Source: Hyphomicrobiales bacterium
Lineage (GTDB): Bacteria; Pseudomonadota; Alphaproteobacteria; Rhizobiales; TMED25
DNA: 64,000 nucleotides
NCBI GenBank assembly: GCA_038131735.1
Contig: JAYPPX010000001.1
Location: 960,594-1,024,593, forward strand
Direction of reading: 5' to 3'
Shown: positions 23,621-34,455 of the stretch, one piece after another
How the letters are laid out: each line of letters opens with the position of its first letter
How positions within the stretch are numbered: the first letter of the stretch is position 1
Program-made: the position numbers and the translations under genes
The notes under the pieces: model-generated
Databases searched by the model: none
Told to the model about the DNA's origin: nothing
Seen by the model: the letters and a program-made list of their open reading frames with translations, nothing else

Positions 23621-25407
23621 CTAGTTTGCTTGTCTTTTTAAAAATGATGGAATTTCAATATCATTATCAATATCATCTTCTATTTGTTCAGAGTTTGTTG
23701 CCTCATCGGTATTTTCATTCAAAAGATCATCTTGAAATTGATTTTGGTATTCATCTTTCTGTAATGGGTTACTTATTTGATCCTCATTGAGCTCATTTTC
23801 AATTTTAGTTTGGAAATCATCAAATTGAGCCTCATCATCTGATAAAAATTCATTATCAAATGGATTATCTACTTCATTATTTAAATCTGAAACTTCATTA
23901 TCTGAAAGGATTTTTGAGTCAGCATTCATTGCCACCTGTGAATATTGTTCATTTGTATTAACAAGGTCATTGTTCAATTCTTTTTTCTTAAAACCAACAT
24001 TCACAATTTTACTAAACAAACTATTTTTAGCTTTTTTTGTATCCTTATCTAATAGACTCTCATTCATTGCAAAGGATATATTATCTTCTTTTATGGAGAA
24101 AAATTCACTGACTCTTGGTATATCTGTTGTCTCTGTAGTTTGTGAATTATTAGCATGATCAAAATCACTAAAATCTTTTATCAACGTTTGCTTTTGATTT
24201 GACTTCTCATTTGAGTTAATTTTGAAAAAACTATGATTTTGGTCAATTTTTTTAATTGACACTTCTGAGTTATTTTCAATTTTTCTATTTTATTTTCCGT
24301 TGAGTTATTTATTTGTGATAATGAATTTGACTTTTCTTCTACCTTTGAGGTTTCTTTTATATTATTTTGATTTTGATTTATTCTTGGAATTGAATAATTT
24401 TTATTAAAGGTAAAACTTGTTGAGTCAATATTTTTGACATTACTTTGAATTCCTGTAGCCACGACTGATACTTTAATTGATCCCTCAAGATTTGAGTCAA
24501 AGGTTGCACCCAGAATTATATTTGCATTATTATCAACTTCATTCCTTATTCTAGTTGCAACTTCATCAACTTCAAATAATGTTAGATCTTCACCGCCGGT
24601 AATTGATATGAGAAGGCCCTGTGCTCCTTTCATGGACACATCATCTAGTAAAGGATTTGATATTGCTGCTTCTGCTGCTTCAACTGCTCTTTTTTCACCA
24701 CTAGCTTCTCCAGTTCCCATCATAGCCTTGCCCATACCTTGCATGATTGATTTTACATCAGCAAAATCAAGGTTAATCAATCCTTCTTTCACCATAAGAT
24801 CAGTTATTCCTGAAACACCAGATAGCAGAACTTGATCTGCCATCGCAAAAGCATCAGAAAATGTAGTTTTTTCATTTGCTATTCTAAATAAGTTTTGATT
24901 AGGAATAACAATGAGTGTATCAACGTATTTACTTAACTCTTCGATACCCTCATCTGCTATCTGCATTCTTCTAACGCCTTCAAATTGAAATGGTTTTGTT
25001 ACCACAGCAACTGTTAATATCCCCTGCTCTTTACACAACTGAGCTATAACTGGAGCAGCACCTGTTCCTGTACCACCACCCATACCTGCGGTTATAAATA
25101 CCATGTGAGATCCTGCAGAGTAATCTAGAATCTCTGCTTGTGCTTCTTGTGCTGCTGCTGCACCAATTTTTGGTTGGGATCCAGCTCCAAGCCCTTCTGT
25201 GAGACTTGTGCCCATTTGTATTCTTCTTTCTGCACTTGACATAGCCAGTGCCTGTGCATCTGTATTAGCAACAACAAATTCAACTCCATCCAAACCCTCT
25301 TGAATCATATTATTTACTGCATTGCCGCCAGCACCGCCAACACCGAAAACAGTAATTCTAGGTTTTAATTCACTCATTGCATCTGGAATTTTTAAATTTA
25401 TTGTCAT
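23621..25407 (-). pseudogene. ftsZ: cell-division GTPase FtsZ (~595 aa if read through), split by a -1 frame break at the A7 run 24247-24253
   Basis: The upstream ORF carries [11 protein letters not shown] and the full GTPase core. The downstream ORF (23621-24262) is an acidic linker ending in the FtsZ C-terminal peptide DIEIPSFLKRQAN. Confidence 0.9.
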
Positions 25408-25435
25408 GATGATCTTCCTGTGTTTAACATTATTA

Positions 25436-26755
25436 TTATCGTTGTTTACTTAAAAACTGTCTTTTAAACCACCTAATCAATTTTAAAAAATAACTGTTGG
25501 TCTGATTATAAGATAATGCTCTAGTGGTTATTTTTTTATTAACAAAAGTTTCATTCTGTGTATAAACCAACATACCAATGGCACAGGAAAAAATTGGACT
25601 AGTTAAATCAAATGTACTTGATTTCAAGTTTGGAACCGCTCTTCTTGCTTGAGATTTAAAGATATTTGCAGCAAGGTCATCAATCCCAATCAATTGGCTA
25701 GTTCCTCCAGTCAATACAATTCTTTTTTGTTTTGTAAGATGTGGATTAATCTTCTCAATTTTTTCTTTCACCTTTTCAAATATATCTACCATGTAAGATC
25801 TTGATATATCTGCGATTGTTGCCTTTGAAATTTCCCTAATTACATTATCATGCTCAGAGTAACCGATTTGTTTAACTGAAATTGTATCACCGTTATCATA
25901 TGAGTCCATAAGCACACCACCATATAGTATTTTTAATTTTTCAGCCTCTTTCTCTGATGTACTTAATGTTCTGGCAATTTCTTTTGTAATATTGTTACCA
26001 CCAAGTGGAATAACTCCTGCAGATAAAAGAGCATTATCTGAAAATATTGAATAGGATGTTGTTCCTGAGCCTATATCAATCAAAATGGAACCTATATTTG
26101 CCTCATCACTCGATAAAGTAGCAATGGCACTTGCAATAGGGGTAAAAAGAACTCTTTCAATTTTCAAATGTGCATTTTCAATAATATTATTTAGATTTTG
26201 TATTATCGATCTATTACAAACTAATTGATTAAAATTGATCTTTAACAAATCTCCATACATGCCAATTGGGTCTTCAATAAAATCTTGCCCATCCATTGAA
26301 AAACTGAGCGGAATAGTATCAAATGTATACATATTCCCTTCAATATTCTGCTCTTGAATTATATTATATGCATGAGATAAATCTTTCTTACTTACCTGCA
26401 CCTCCCTTATTGGAGTAGAAATTTCATATAAATTTGACTCAACTTGATAAGATGTAATATTGACATCAATTTTGTCTACCGTTACTGATGCAATCTTTTC
26501 AGCATCCTCGATAGCAGACCTAATCGCTAGTTCTAATAAAGTCGGATCTGTAATCATCCCATTTTGAAATCCTTGCGATCTATGATGACCATACCCTAAT
26601 ATTTCATGGCTTAGATAATTATCTGGTGTGAGAGTATTTCTAGAAATTAAACAAACGATTTTATCAGAACCAATATCCAAAATTGCATTAACTGGTTTAT
26701 GTTTATTTGTGACAGGAAATTTACCTGACATTCTATCAAAGGTCATTAATTGCAT
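25436..26755 (-). CDS. ftsA: cell-division protein FtsA (actin-like ATPase)
   Basis: Motifs [15 protein letters not shown] and LTGGTSQL, in dcw context. Confidence 0.9.
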   Translation of the reverse strand: MQLMTFDRMSGKFPVTNKHKPVNAILDIGSDKIVCLISRNTLTPDNYLSHEILGYGHHRSQGFQNGMITDPTLLELAIRSAIEDAEKIASVTVDKIDVNITSYQVESNLYEISTPIREVQVSKKDLSHAYNIIQEQNIEGNMYTFDTIPLSFSMDGQDFIEDPIGMYGDLLKINFNQLVCNRSIIQNLNNIIENAHLKIERVLFTPIASAIATLSSDEANIGSILIDIGSGTTSYSIFSDNALLSAGVIPLGGNNITKEIARTLSTSEKEAEKLKILYGGVLMDSYDNGDTISVKQIGYSEHDNVIREISKATIADISRSYMVDIFEKVKEKIEKINPHLTKQKRIVLTGGTSQLIGIDDLAANIFKSQARRAVPNLKSSTFDLTSPIFSCAIGMLVYTQNETFVNKKITTRALSYNQTNSYFLKLIRWFKRQFLSKQR

Positions 26756-26764
26756 TTTAAATAT

Positions 26765-27547
26765 TCATATTGTATTGATGCTGCTTCTGTCACCTATTTT
26801 GCTAGGCAATATATCAATGCGATCTTTCAATCTCATATCAATTACATCCACGTAACGACTCAACAACAGCTTCTCATTATCCAAACGTTCAAGATCAGTA
26901 ATTGCTTCAGCGATTTTAGTCTCAGGCAAATGGATGGTGATACCATTATACAATCTCACAGTCCATCTTCTATCACCAACTCTCAAGATCGATTTTACTT
27001 TCTTATGGAAATAAGGAAACTGTTGAAGGGTATTTATAATATCAGGGATTTCAGTCAGTGCGTTGTGACCGGCAACAACTTTTAGATTGTTAAAGTCAGC
27101 TGGGTTTAATTTTTCTATTATGTTTGACTCTCCATCAACCAGATACTTTTTCCCATCAAAAAACCATATTGCAATGGGGTTATGCTCATAAATATTTATT
27201 TCTAGTGTAGAGGGATAAATTTTCTTAATATCAGATTTCTTCACCCAGGGAAGTTCATTAATACGATTCACTACTTCAGTAATATCTAATGACCACATTG
27301 ACTCATTCGAGCTCAGACCAATAATTTCAATTACTTCAGAACCTTTAGTGTGTGCAGCACCATTAATTTTTACATTTTGTACTTCAAGATGGGAAACCAA
27401 ATTACTTAAATTATAAATTTTGGTTTTACCATTATTAGTAAATACATTGTAACTAATTGACAAAAATAGGATTAATAGAGAAGGAATAACTAACCATTTT
27501 AAATTGAATTTATTTAATGGCTCAAAAAATTTTAGTTTTATATTCAT
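26765..27547 (-). CDS. ftsQ: cell-division protein FtsQ
   Basis: N-terminal TM segment plus a POTRA-like region, positioned between ddl and ftsA. Confidence 0.75.
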   Translation of the reverse strand: MNIKLKFFEPLNKFNLKWLVIPSLLILFLSISYNVFTNNGKTKIYNLSNLVSHLEVQNVKINGAAHTKGSEVIEIIGLSSNESMWSLDITEVVNRINELPWVKKSDIKKIYPSTLEINIYEHNPIAIWFFDGKKYLVDGESNIIEKLNPADFNNLKVVAGHNALTEIPDIINTLQQFPYFHKKVKSILRVGDRRWTVRLYNGITIHLPETKIAEAITDLERLDNEKLLLSRYVDVIDMRLKDRIDILPSKIGDRSSINTI

Positions 27548-27576
27548 TAAAATTAACTCACAAATTATAAAATTAG

Positions 27577-28482
27577 TTACCTTTTTGAAGACGCATCACA
27601 AATTATCCAATCCACTAATTGATCAAATGACATCCCAGAATATTCTGCTAATTCTGGCAATAATGATTTCTCTGTCATTCCAGGCTGTGTGTTTACTTCT
27701 AAACAGACAAGTTTTTCATCTTGGTCTGCTATTCCATATCGAAAATCCACTCTACTTACTCCTCTGCAACCAAGACAATTATGTGCCTTTAAAGCGTATT
27801 CTCTCATTTTTTCGTAAATATTTGGTTTAAGATTTGCGGGTATTATATGTTTCGTATTGTCACTCAGATACTTATCCTCATAACCAAAATAATCACTCTT
27901 TGTTTGTATTTCTGCAATATGAGTAACTTCTTGACCAATAACACCACAAGTAAAGTCCAATCCATTAACAAACTCTTCTGCAAAAAAATTTTCATCATTT
28001 GGGTGATTATCTTTTCTAAATCTATCTAGTTCATTTTGATTTGATATGATTTTAATATCTAGACTTGATCCACCATTTATTGGTTTGATAATAAAGGGAA
28101 AATGTAGATTTACCTCTTGGTTTCTAAATTGAATATCTTTTGCAACTGGAATACCATTATTTTTGAAGAACTCTTTTGATATAACTTTATTCATAGCACG
28201 TGATGAAGCAACCACTCCAGAATGTGTGTAGTTCAAATTTAAAAACTCCAATATTGATTGGATTTTTCCGTTCTCTCCCCAAGATCCATGCAAACAATTA
28301 AAAACAATATCAAATTCTAAAGAGACCAATTTTGTTGCTATATCATAATCTGGATCCAAAACTTCAAGATTATATCCAAGATTAAGGATTGCTTTTTTAC
28401 ACTGATTACCGCTTTGAATGCTTATTTCTCTTTCTGGCGAGATCCCTCCCATTAATAACAAAATTTTTTTCTTTTTTCTCAT
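27577..28482 (-). CDS. ddl: D-alanine--D-alanine ligase
   Basis: ATP-grasp fold with HG..GE.G and LEVNTQPGMT. Confidence 0.92.
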   Translation of the reverse strand: MRKKKKILLLMGGISPEREISIQSGNQCKKAILNLGYNLEVLDPDYDIATKLVSLEFDIVFNCLHGSWGENGKIQSILEFLNLNYTHSGVVASSRAMNKVISKEFFKNNGIPVAKDIQFRNQEVNLHFPFIIKPINGGSSLDIKIISNQNELDRFRKDNHPNDENFFAEEFVNGLDFTCGVIGQEVTHIAEIQTKSDYFGYEDKYLSDNTKHIIPANLKPNIYEKMREYALKAHNCLGCRGVSRVDFRYGIADQDEKLVCLEVNTQPGMTEKSLLPELAEYSGMSFDQLVDWIICDASSKR

Positions 28483-29414
28483 AAATTTATACTAGGTCCT
28501 TGACCCAGCCTTCTTATTTCCCATTCCAGATTAACACCAGTTTCTTCCATAACAGTTTTTCTAACACGCTCTCCTAGGAGTTCTATTTGGTAGGCGGTAG
28601 CACTGCCCCTATTAATAATGAAATTTGAATGTAGTTTTGATAGGAACGCATCTCCAACTGACAGATCAGCACATCCAGCTTCTTGTATTAATTCCCATGC
28701 CTTTTTATTAGTTGGATTTTTGAACGTAGATCCACCAGTTTTTTCTGCAATCGGTTGGCTTAATAACCTTTGAGTTTTGAAAGTTTCTATTTCTGAAAGA
28801 ATTTGTTCTCGAGTTGATGGATATCCCGTAATAGTTGCTGATACACAAAGTGAGTCGTCAGTAATGTTACTTTTTCTATAACCAAATGATAGATCAGTGA
28901 AACTTCTTTCCATCAAATCACCTTTTGAGTTTATTATATTAGCTTTAATTAATATGTCAGAAATCTGGTAACCGTGAGCACCAGAATTCATTTTTATGGA
29001 ACCACCAATAGTTCCTGGTATGTTAGATAAAAAGGCTACCCCCCCAATATTGTTTGTTAGCGCATAGCTCGATAATTTCTTATTTTGAAGAGCACCTCCA
29101 CAGATAATTTTATTATTTTTTGATTTTTCAATATAATTAAATGATCTACCTAATGTTATTACTATTCCTGGAATTCCATCATCTCGAACTAGAAGGTTTG
29201 ATGCATTTCCAATAATTGTAATATTTGTATCATTGGGTTTTATTTTTAGGAGAGTTACTAGATCATCAACATCCTCAGGAATAAATAAAATCTCAGCCAA
29301 ACCACCAACTTTAAACCAAGTCAGATTTTTTAGAGAATGATTTGGTAAAATTTTTCCTTTTATATTTTTTTTTAGTTCTTCAGCTAATTCTATTGCGTTA
29401 GGCCAAAATTTCAT
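28479..29414 (-). CDS. murB: UDP-N-acetylenolpyruvoylglucosamine reductase
   Basis: FAD-binding domain and GGSTFKNP. Confidence 0.9.
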   Translation of the reverse strand: MKFWPNAIELAEELKKNIKGKILPNHSLKNLTWFKVGGLAEILFIPEDVDDLVTLLKIKPNDTNITIIGNASNLLVRDDGIPGIVITLGRSFNYIEKSKNNKIICGGALQNKKLSSYALTNNIGGVAFLSNIPGTIGGSIKMNSGAHGYQISDILIKANIINSKGDLMERSFTDLSFGYRKSNITDDSLCVSATITGYPSTREQILSEIETFKTQRLLSQPIAEKTGGSTFKNPTNKKAWELIQEAGCADLSVGDAFLSKLHSNFIINRGSATAYQIELLGERVRKTVMEETGVNLEWEIRRLGQGPSINL

Positions 29415-29425
29415 TTTGATTCAAC

Positions 29426-30820
29426 CTATAGTTCTTGACATATCCGTTTGGAGATAACATTAATATCCCCTGCCCCAGTAAATATGACTATATCTCCGTT
29501 GTTCGCATTTTTTAATATATTATCTTTTATCTCATCTTCATTCACGTAGATTACATCTATATCCGACTGACTCTTGATATCTCTTACAAAATTATCATAG
29601 TTAAAATCATCGTAAACATTTTCTCCTGCGCTATATATTGGTAAAAGTAACAATAATTTGATACCTTTGAATACCTCACAAAATCTTTCATAGAGGTTAG
29701 TTACCCTGGAATATCTGTGAGGTTGAAATATGCAAATGAGATTTTCGGAACACACCTCTTTAGCGGATGATATTAATTGAGCAAGTTCAGTTGGATGATG
29801 TGCATAATCATCAAAATATGTAATACCTCTATTTTCAGTGATATATGAAAATCTACGATACACACCTTTATATGATTTTACTCTTTCTTTGATTATATCA
29901 ATCTTAATTCCTCTAATTAGTCCTACAATAATTGAAGCAGTAGCATTGTAAATATTGAACCTACCAGGTCTATCAATTTCAAAATCAAGGTCAAGTTCTC
30001 TCCCCTGGAAAGCACCTTTCAAATTAAAAAAATATCCAATTGAATTTTGTTTTGGAATTATATTATTTATCCAAAAATTAGACTCAACATCTTCTCCATA
30101 TGAGAATGTATTCTTACATATAAATTTGCTCAGTATACTTGAAATAATAGGATCATTTTTACAAACTATTAAATTCCCGTCTTGACCTACATTGTTTGCA
30201 AATTTTAAAAAATCTTCTGTAAGAGATTCAATTGTGCCAAATTTTTCAAGATGATCATCGTCTATGTTTGTTATGATTGAAATTTTAGATGGCAAAGATA
30301 AAAATGTTTTATCCGACTCATCTGCTTCAACTATCATTAAATCACTTGATCCAGTTTGAAGATTTGACATAAATCCATAGTCAATACCCCCAATTAGTGA
30401 TGTAGGTAAGTTTAATTTATCATATGACAATAACCATGATATCATTGACGTGCATGTAGTTTTTCCATGTGTTCCTGAAACACAAATACAATCTTTTTCG
30501 GACATGATTATTGTTAACATCTCGGCTCTTGATAGGATTCTAATTCCAAGTTTTCTTGCTTGAACTAATTCAATATTATTTTGATTTATTGCCGAGGAAT
30601 AAACAACTATATCTATGTCCTCACTAATATTTTTTATATCATGCCCATGAAAAATTCTCACACCTGTTTCTTCTAGCTCATCTGTGCTAACACTTAATAT
30701 TTGGTCACTACCTTGAACTTGGGACCCCTTACTGAGACATAGTCTTGCAATTGCTGAAATACCAATTCCGCCTATACCAATAAAGTGGATTAATTCGCTT
30801 TTTGAAATTTTTTCCATCAT
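29426..30820 (-). CDS. murC: UDP-N-acetylmuramate--L-alanine ligase
   Basis: Motifs GIGGIGISAIA and GTHGKTT, with a Mur ligase C-terminal domain. Confidence 0.92.
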   Translation of the reverse strand: MMEKISKSELIHFIGIGGIGISAIARLCLSKGSQVQGSDQILSVSTDELEETGVRIFHGHDIKNISEDIDIVVYSSAINQNNIELVQARKLGIRILSRAEMLTIIMSEKDCICVSGTHGKTTCTSMISWLLSYDKLNLPTSLIGGIDYGFMSNLQTGSSDLMIVEADESDKTFLSLPSKISIITNIDDDHLEKFGTIESLTEDFLKFANNVGQDGNLIVCKNDPIISSILSKFICKNTFSYGEDVESNFWINNIIPKQNSIGYFFNLKGAFQGRELDLDFEIDRPGRFNIYNATASIIVGLIRGIKIDIIKERVKSYKGVYRRFSYITENRGITYFDDYAHHPTELAQLISSAKEVCSENLICIFQPHRYSRVTNLYERFCEVFKGIKLLLLLPIYSAGENVYDDFNYDNFVRDIKSQSDIDVIYVNEDEIKDNILKNANNGDIVIFTGAGDINVISKRICQEL

Positions 30821-31924
30821 TGACTTATTTTTTTAATAATATTCATAATCTTAATTGATGCATCATTAGCACCTATCTGGTAAGCACAATTACTCATTAA
30901 AACCAATTTATTCTTATCAAGAATCAGTTCTTGTAATTGATAAGAGAACTCTAAGTTATTAATATTTTTTTCATCATATAAAATACAGGCATCATGCTGT
31001 GCCAAGTATTCTGCGTTGTATAATTGATCGCCGTCTAGAGCATGTGCCATAGGTATCAGAATTGAAGCCCTGCCTATTGCACATATTTCAAATACCGTAG
31101 TAGCACCTGCACGTGATATTATTAAGTCTGAATCGCTGATTAAACTTCCAATATTTTTAAAATATGATTGAATTTCACATTCTATTCCCAATCTGTTCAT
31201 ATTTGCTCTGCAAAATTTGTTCATATCCAGCTAGGCAATTTTGCTTTATAACCACTTTTTTCTTCAGATGAGTTGGTAACGTACTAATTATTTCAGGAAT
31301 TAGATCATTAAATACTTTTGCCCCCTGACTTCCCCCAATTACTAAAATATTAAATTTTTTCTCATTCCTAGTAGGAATATATTTTGAACGTAAATGCTTA
31401 ATATTTTTTCTTATAGGTAAACCGACAATATTTACCTTTTGATTATGTTTTGTATTTAACTGTTTCGTATTATCAAATGAAGTTAAAATTGAAGACGCGA
31501 AGTATGATAATAATCTGTTTGCCCTCCCCATTATTGAGTTTTGTTCATGAATAATTACAGGTATTCTTAAAAAATAGGCTGCAAGGCATGAGGGTATTGA
31601 GGTGTACCCACCAAAAGAAATTATTAATTTAGGACGCAATTTAATTAATTTGAATATTGATTGAAAAAAACCGATCAAAATATAGAATATAAAAAAAATC
31701 TTATGATATGTTCCACTTTTGAATGGAGAGGACGATTTTATTATATGTATATCTGTCTTTTCTATACCATTCAAATATGCCATTCCTCTAATATCAGTAA
31801 AAAATATAGTTTTTGTATTTTCAAATTCTTCTAACTCCTCATGTAGAGCCAATGCTGGATTTACATGACCTCCTGAGCCTCCGGCAACCAAAACACAAAA
31901 ATTTCTTACATTTGTCTCTATCAC
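30817..31924 (-). pseudogene. murG: MurG glycosyltransferase (~368 aa if corrected), split by a +1 frame break, most likely near GGG 31187-31189
   Basis: The N-terminal ORF (31175-31924) has GGSGGHVNPALA. The C-terminal ORF (30817-31224) has ISRAGATTVFE. Removing one base gives ...KYEQIGIECEIQSYFKNIG..., which matches the spacing of E. coli MurG as I recall it. Confidence 0.88.
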
Positions 31925-31927
31925 TTT

Positions 31928-33073
31928 TTAACTCTGAAAATGGATTCTTCTTGTGGAGTATTTAAAACTATTTTTTCTTACTCTTGTGAATGCTAATATT
32001 AGTCCGAATGTTATAGCAATAGATATTGCTGATGAACCACCATAAGATATAAATGGTAAAGTCATACCTTTAGTAGGAATTATACCAAGATTAACGGCAA
32101 TATTAATCCCAACCTGTATACAAATAAGGGATATTAGTCCAATTGATGCAATTTTAGCAAATAAATCCTCTTGAGATAGAGATCTAGAGACACCTCTAAA
32201 AACAATGAATGCGTAGAGTAAAATAATTATAAAACATGTTATCAATCCAAATTCTTCTGCTGCGACAGAAAAGATAAAATCTGTATGTGCATCAGGAAGT
32301 ATATTTTTAATTACACCATCACCAGGACCAACTCCAAACCAACCTCCATTATTGATCGCACTATTTGCTGTATCTATTTGGTAAGTGTCACCAGAAGAAG
32401 GGTTAAAGAATATATTAAGTCGTTGTGAAAAATGATCTAAGTATAAATAAGAAAGGGCAGTTCCAGTTAATGATAATAAAAAAATTATGAAACCAACGAA
32501 TAGAGGCATTCCTGTAATAAAATAAATAATGGAAGCTGAGAGTGTTATTAGAATCGTCTGACCGATATCTGGCTGTAAAATGAGTGTTATTGCAAAAATT
32601 AAATAAATGATAAAGGCTATAAATTTACCCGGAACTTCTTTTTTAAATGACTCAGCCATTAACCAAGAGATAAGTACTATAAATGATGGCTTGGCAAGTT
32701 CTGATGGTTGTAATGATACTATACCCAAATCTATCCATCTTGTTGCCCCTTTTATTGGGGTACCAAATAGATTGATAAAAATCATAATACAGAGTGAACC
32801 AAAAAAAATTAATAATGACAAACGTCTTATATGTTGCATATTCAGAAAAGAGAAAAATAGAGTTATGAGTATACCTAAAGTCATAAAAATAAATTGTTTT
32901 TTTACAAAAACATATTGATCTGTGTAATTTAACTTTTCAGCAATCGGTGGACTAGCTGCTAAATTTAAAACTATTCCAAAAACAATTAGTATTATAATAG
33001 AACCAAGTAGGACTTTATCAATAGTCCACCACCAATCAGACAGTCTTGATTTATTTGAACGATTAATTTGCAT
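31928..33073 (-). CDS. ftsW: SEDS-family lipid II flippase/peptidoglycan polymerase FtsW
   Basis: Polytopic membrane protein with the SEDS pattern (LQPSELAK, PDAHTDFIF), in dcw position. Confidence 0.9.
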   Translation of the reverse strand: MQINRSNKSRLSDWWWTIDKVLLGSIIILIVFGIVLNLAASPPIAEKLNYTDQYVFVKKQFIFMTLGILITLFFSFLNMQHIRRLSLLIFFGSLCIMIFINLFGTPIKGATRWIDLGIVSLQPSELAKPSFIVLISWLMAESFKKEVPGKFIAFIIYLIFAITLILQPDIGQTILITLSASIIYFITGMPLFVGFIIFLLSLTGTALSYLYLDHFSQRLNIFFNPSSGDTYQIDTANSAINNGGWFGVGPGDGVIKNILPDAHTDFIFSVAAEEFGLITCFIIILLYAFIVFRGVSRSLSQEDLFAKIASIGLISLICIQVGINIAVNLGIIPTKGMTLPFISYGGSSAISIAITFGLILAFTRVRKNSFKYSTRRIHFQS

Positions 33074-34445
33074 GCGTTTCTTTTATTTCTCCTACAATTT
33101 CTTTAAATTTATTCCCTCTTTCAACAAAATTACTAAATTGATCATATGATGAGCAAGCTGGCGAGAATAGAATAGTTGCTTCCTCAGATAAGGTTAGAGC
33201 ATCCTTTGTGGAATTACTGATTGCATTGCGAAGAGTTCTACAAACTTCATTGCTTATATTGACATTTGATAATATTTCACTGAAAGATTCCGCTGCTGTT
33301 CCAATTAAATATGCCTTTTTAACATTCCCTAAATTTTCTGTAATATCTGATAATCCACCATACTTTTCTATACCCCCTAAAATCCAAAAAATATTTGTAA
33401 ATGATTGGAGCGCGCCTTTGGAAGCAGCTGCATTTGTTGCTTTGCTATCATTGATATAGCTAACTTTATTTAAACGTGTGACGAGTTCAACCCTGTGTTC
33501 TAACCCCCGAAAAGTATTTAAGGCTGGAGAGTATTCATTCCAGCTATGTCCCATTATTTGCATACATGCAACACAGGCAGCTAAATTTGCCAAATTAGTC
33601 TTTGAATTAAGAACTATACCTTCATTTAATTCATATTTAATTGGACTCTCACTTCTACTCTTATCAATCACTTCTAATATATCATTTGGTTTTGATATTA
33701 AATGTTCAAATAGAACAATCTTCCCCCTTAAATTACTATCTAGAGAGCCAAAATCTTGAAATGTATTTTTTTCAATTATTGAAAAATCGTTCGTATCTTG
33801 TTTGCCAAACATGCTAAATTTTATATTTTTATAATTCTCAAAACTTTTATGCCTATCAATGTGGTCTGCTGTAATATTTAATAAAATTCCAATATTCGGT
33901 TTGATATTAGGGCAGAGAGCAATCTGGAAAGAGGACATTTCTATAACAAAAATTCTATCAGTTTTATGAAAATCAAATTCCAATACGCATTTATTGCCTA
34001 AATTTCCTCCAATTTGCACATCATACCCAAGTGACTCCATTAGATGACATAGCAACATAGTTGTTGTAGATTTACCATTTGTTCCAGTAATCATTATGAC
34101 TTTATTACCCAAATTTCTACTATCTAATTCATCCATGAAAAGCTGGACATCACAAATAATTGGAACACCATTTTTCCTGGCACATTCAATTAAATCGCTA
34201 TAAGGTTCTACATTTTCATTAATGCCCGGGCTTAAAATAATGGAGTCAAACTCAGAAACATTTACAGATTGAGGATCTATTATAGAAAAATTACTCCCAC
34301 CAACACTATTAAGTATATCCATATTATCATCCCATAATGAAATCATTGCTCCAGCTGCAGAGAGTGACTGTAGGACGCTTTTTCCAGTTTTACCTAATCC
34401 GATTACATAATAACTTTTTCCAGAACAGTGAGTGAGATGTATCAT
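33063..34445 (-). CDS. murD: UDP-MurNAc-L-alanine--D-glutamate ligase
   Basis: GTNGKSTT and Mur ligase domains. Confidence 0.9.
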   Translation of the reverse strand: MIHLTHCSGKSYYVIGLGKTGKSVLQSLSAAGAMISLWDDNMDILNSVGGSNFSIIDPQSVNVSEFDSIILSPGINENVEPYSDLIECARKNGVPIICDVQLFMDELDSRNLGNKVIMITGTNGKSTTTMLLCHLMESLGYDVQIGGNLGNKCVLEFDFHKTDRIFVIEMSSFQIALCPNIKPNIGILLNITADHIDRHKSFENYKNIKFSMFGKQDTNDFSIIEKNTFQDFGSLDSNLRGKIVLFEHLISKPNDILEVIDKSRSESPIKYELNEGIVLNSKTNLANLAACVACMQIMGHSWNEYSPALNTFRGLEHRVELVTRLNKVSYINDSKATNAAASKGALQSFTNIFWILGGIEKYGGLSDITENLGNVKKAYLIGTAAESFSEILSNVNISNEVCRTLRNAISNSTKDALTLSEEATILFSPACSSYDQFSNFVERGNKFKEIVGEIKETHAN

Positions 34446-34455
34446 TTGATTTAGC

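Noticed and set aside
23621-24262. 213-aa acidic ORF as an independent gene downstream of ftsZ.
   Set aside because: It ends with the FtsZ C-terminal peptide (IPSFLKRQAN), has no plausible start or RBS of its own (GTG in the track), and is joined to ftsZ by a 1-nt frame change. It is the ftsZ linker and tail.
26750-27085. 111-aa plus-strand ORF overlapping the ftsA start and the ftsQ 3' end, and the ORF at 27504-27830.
   Set aside because: Both lie antisense to the dcw genes ftsQ/ddl and have no recognisable features.
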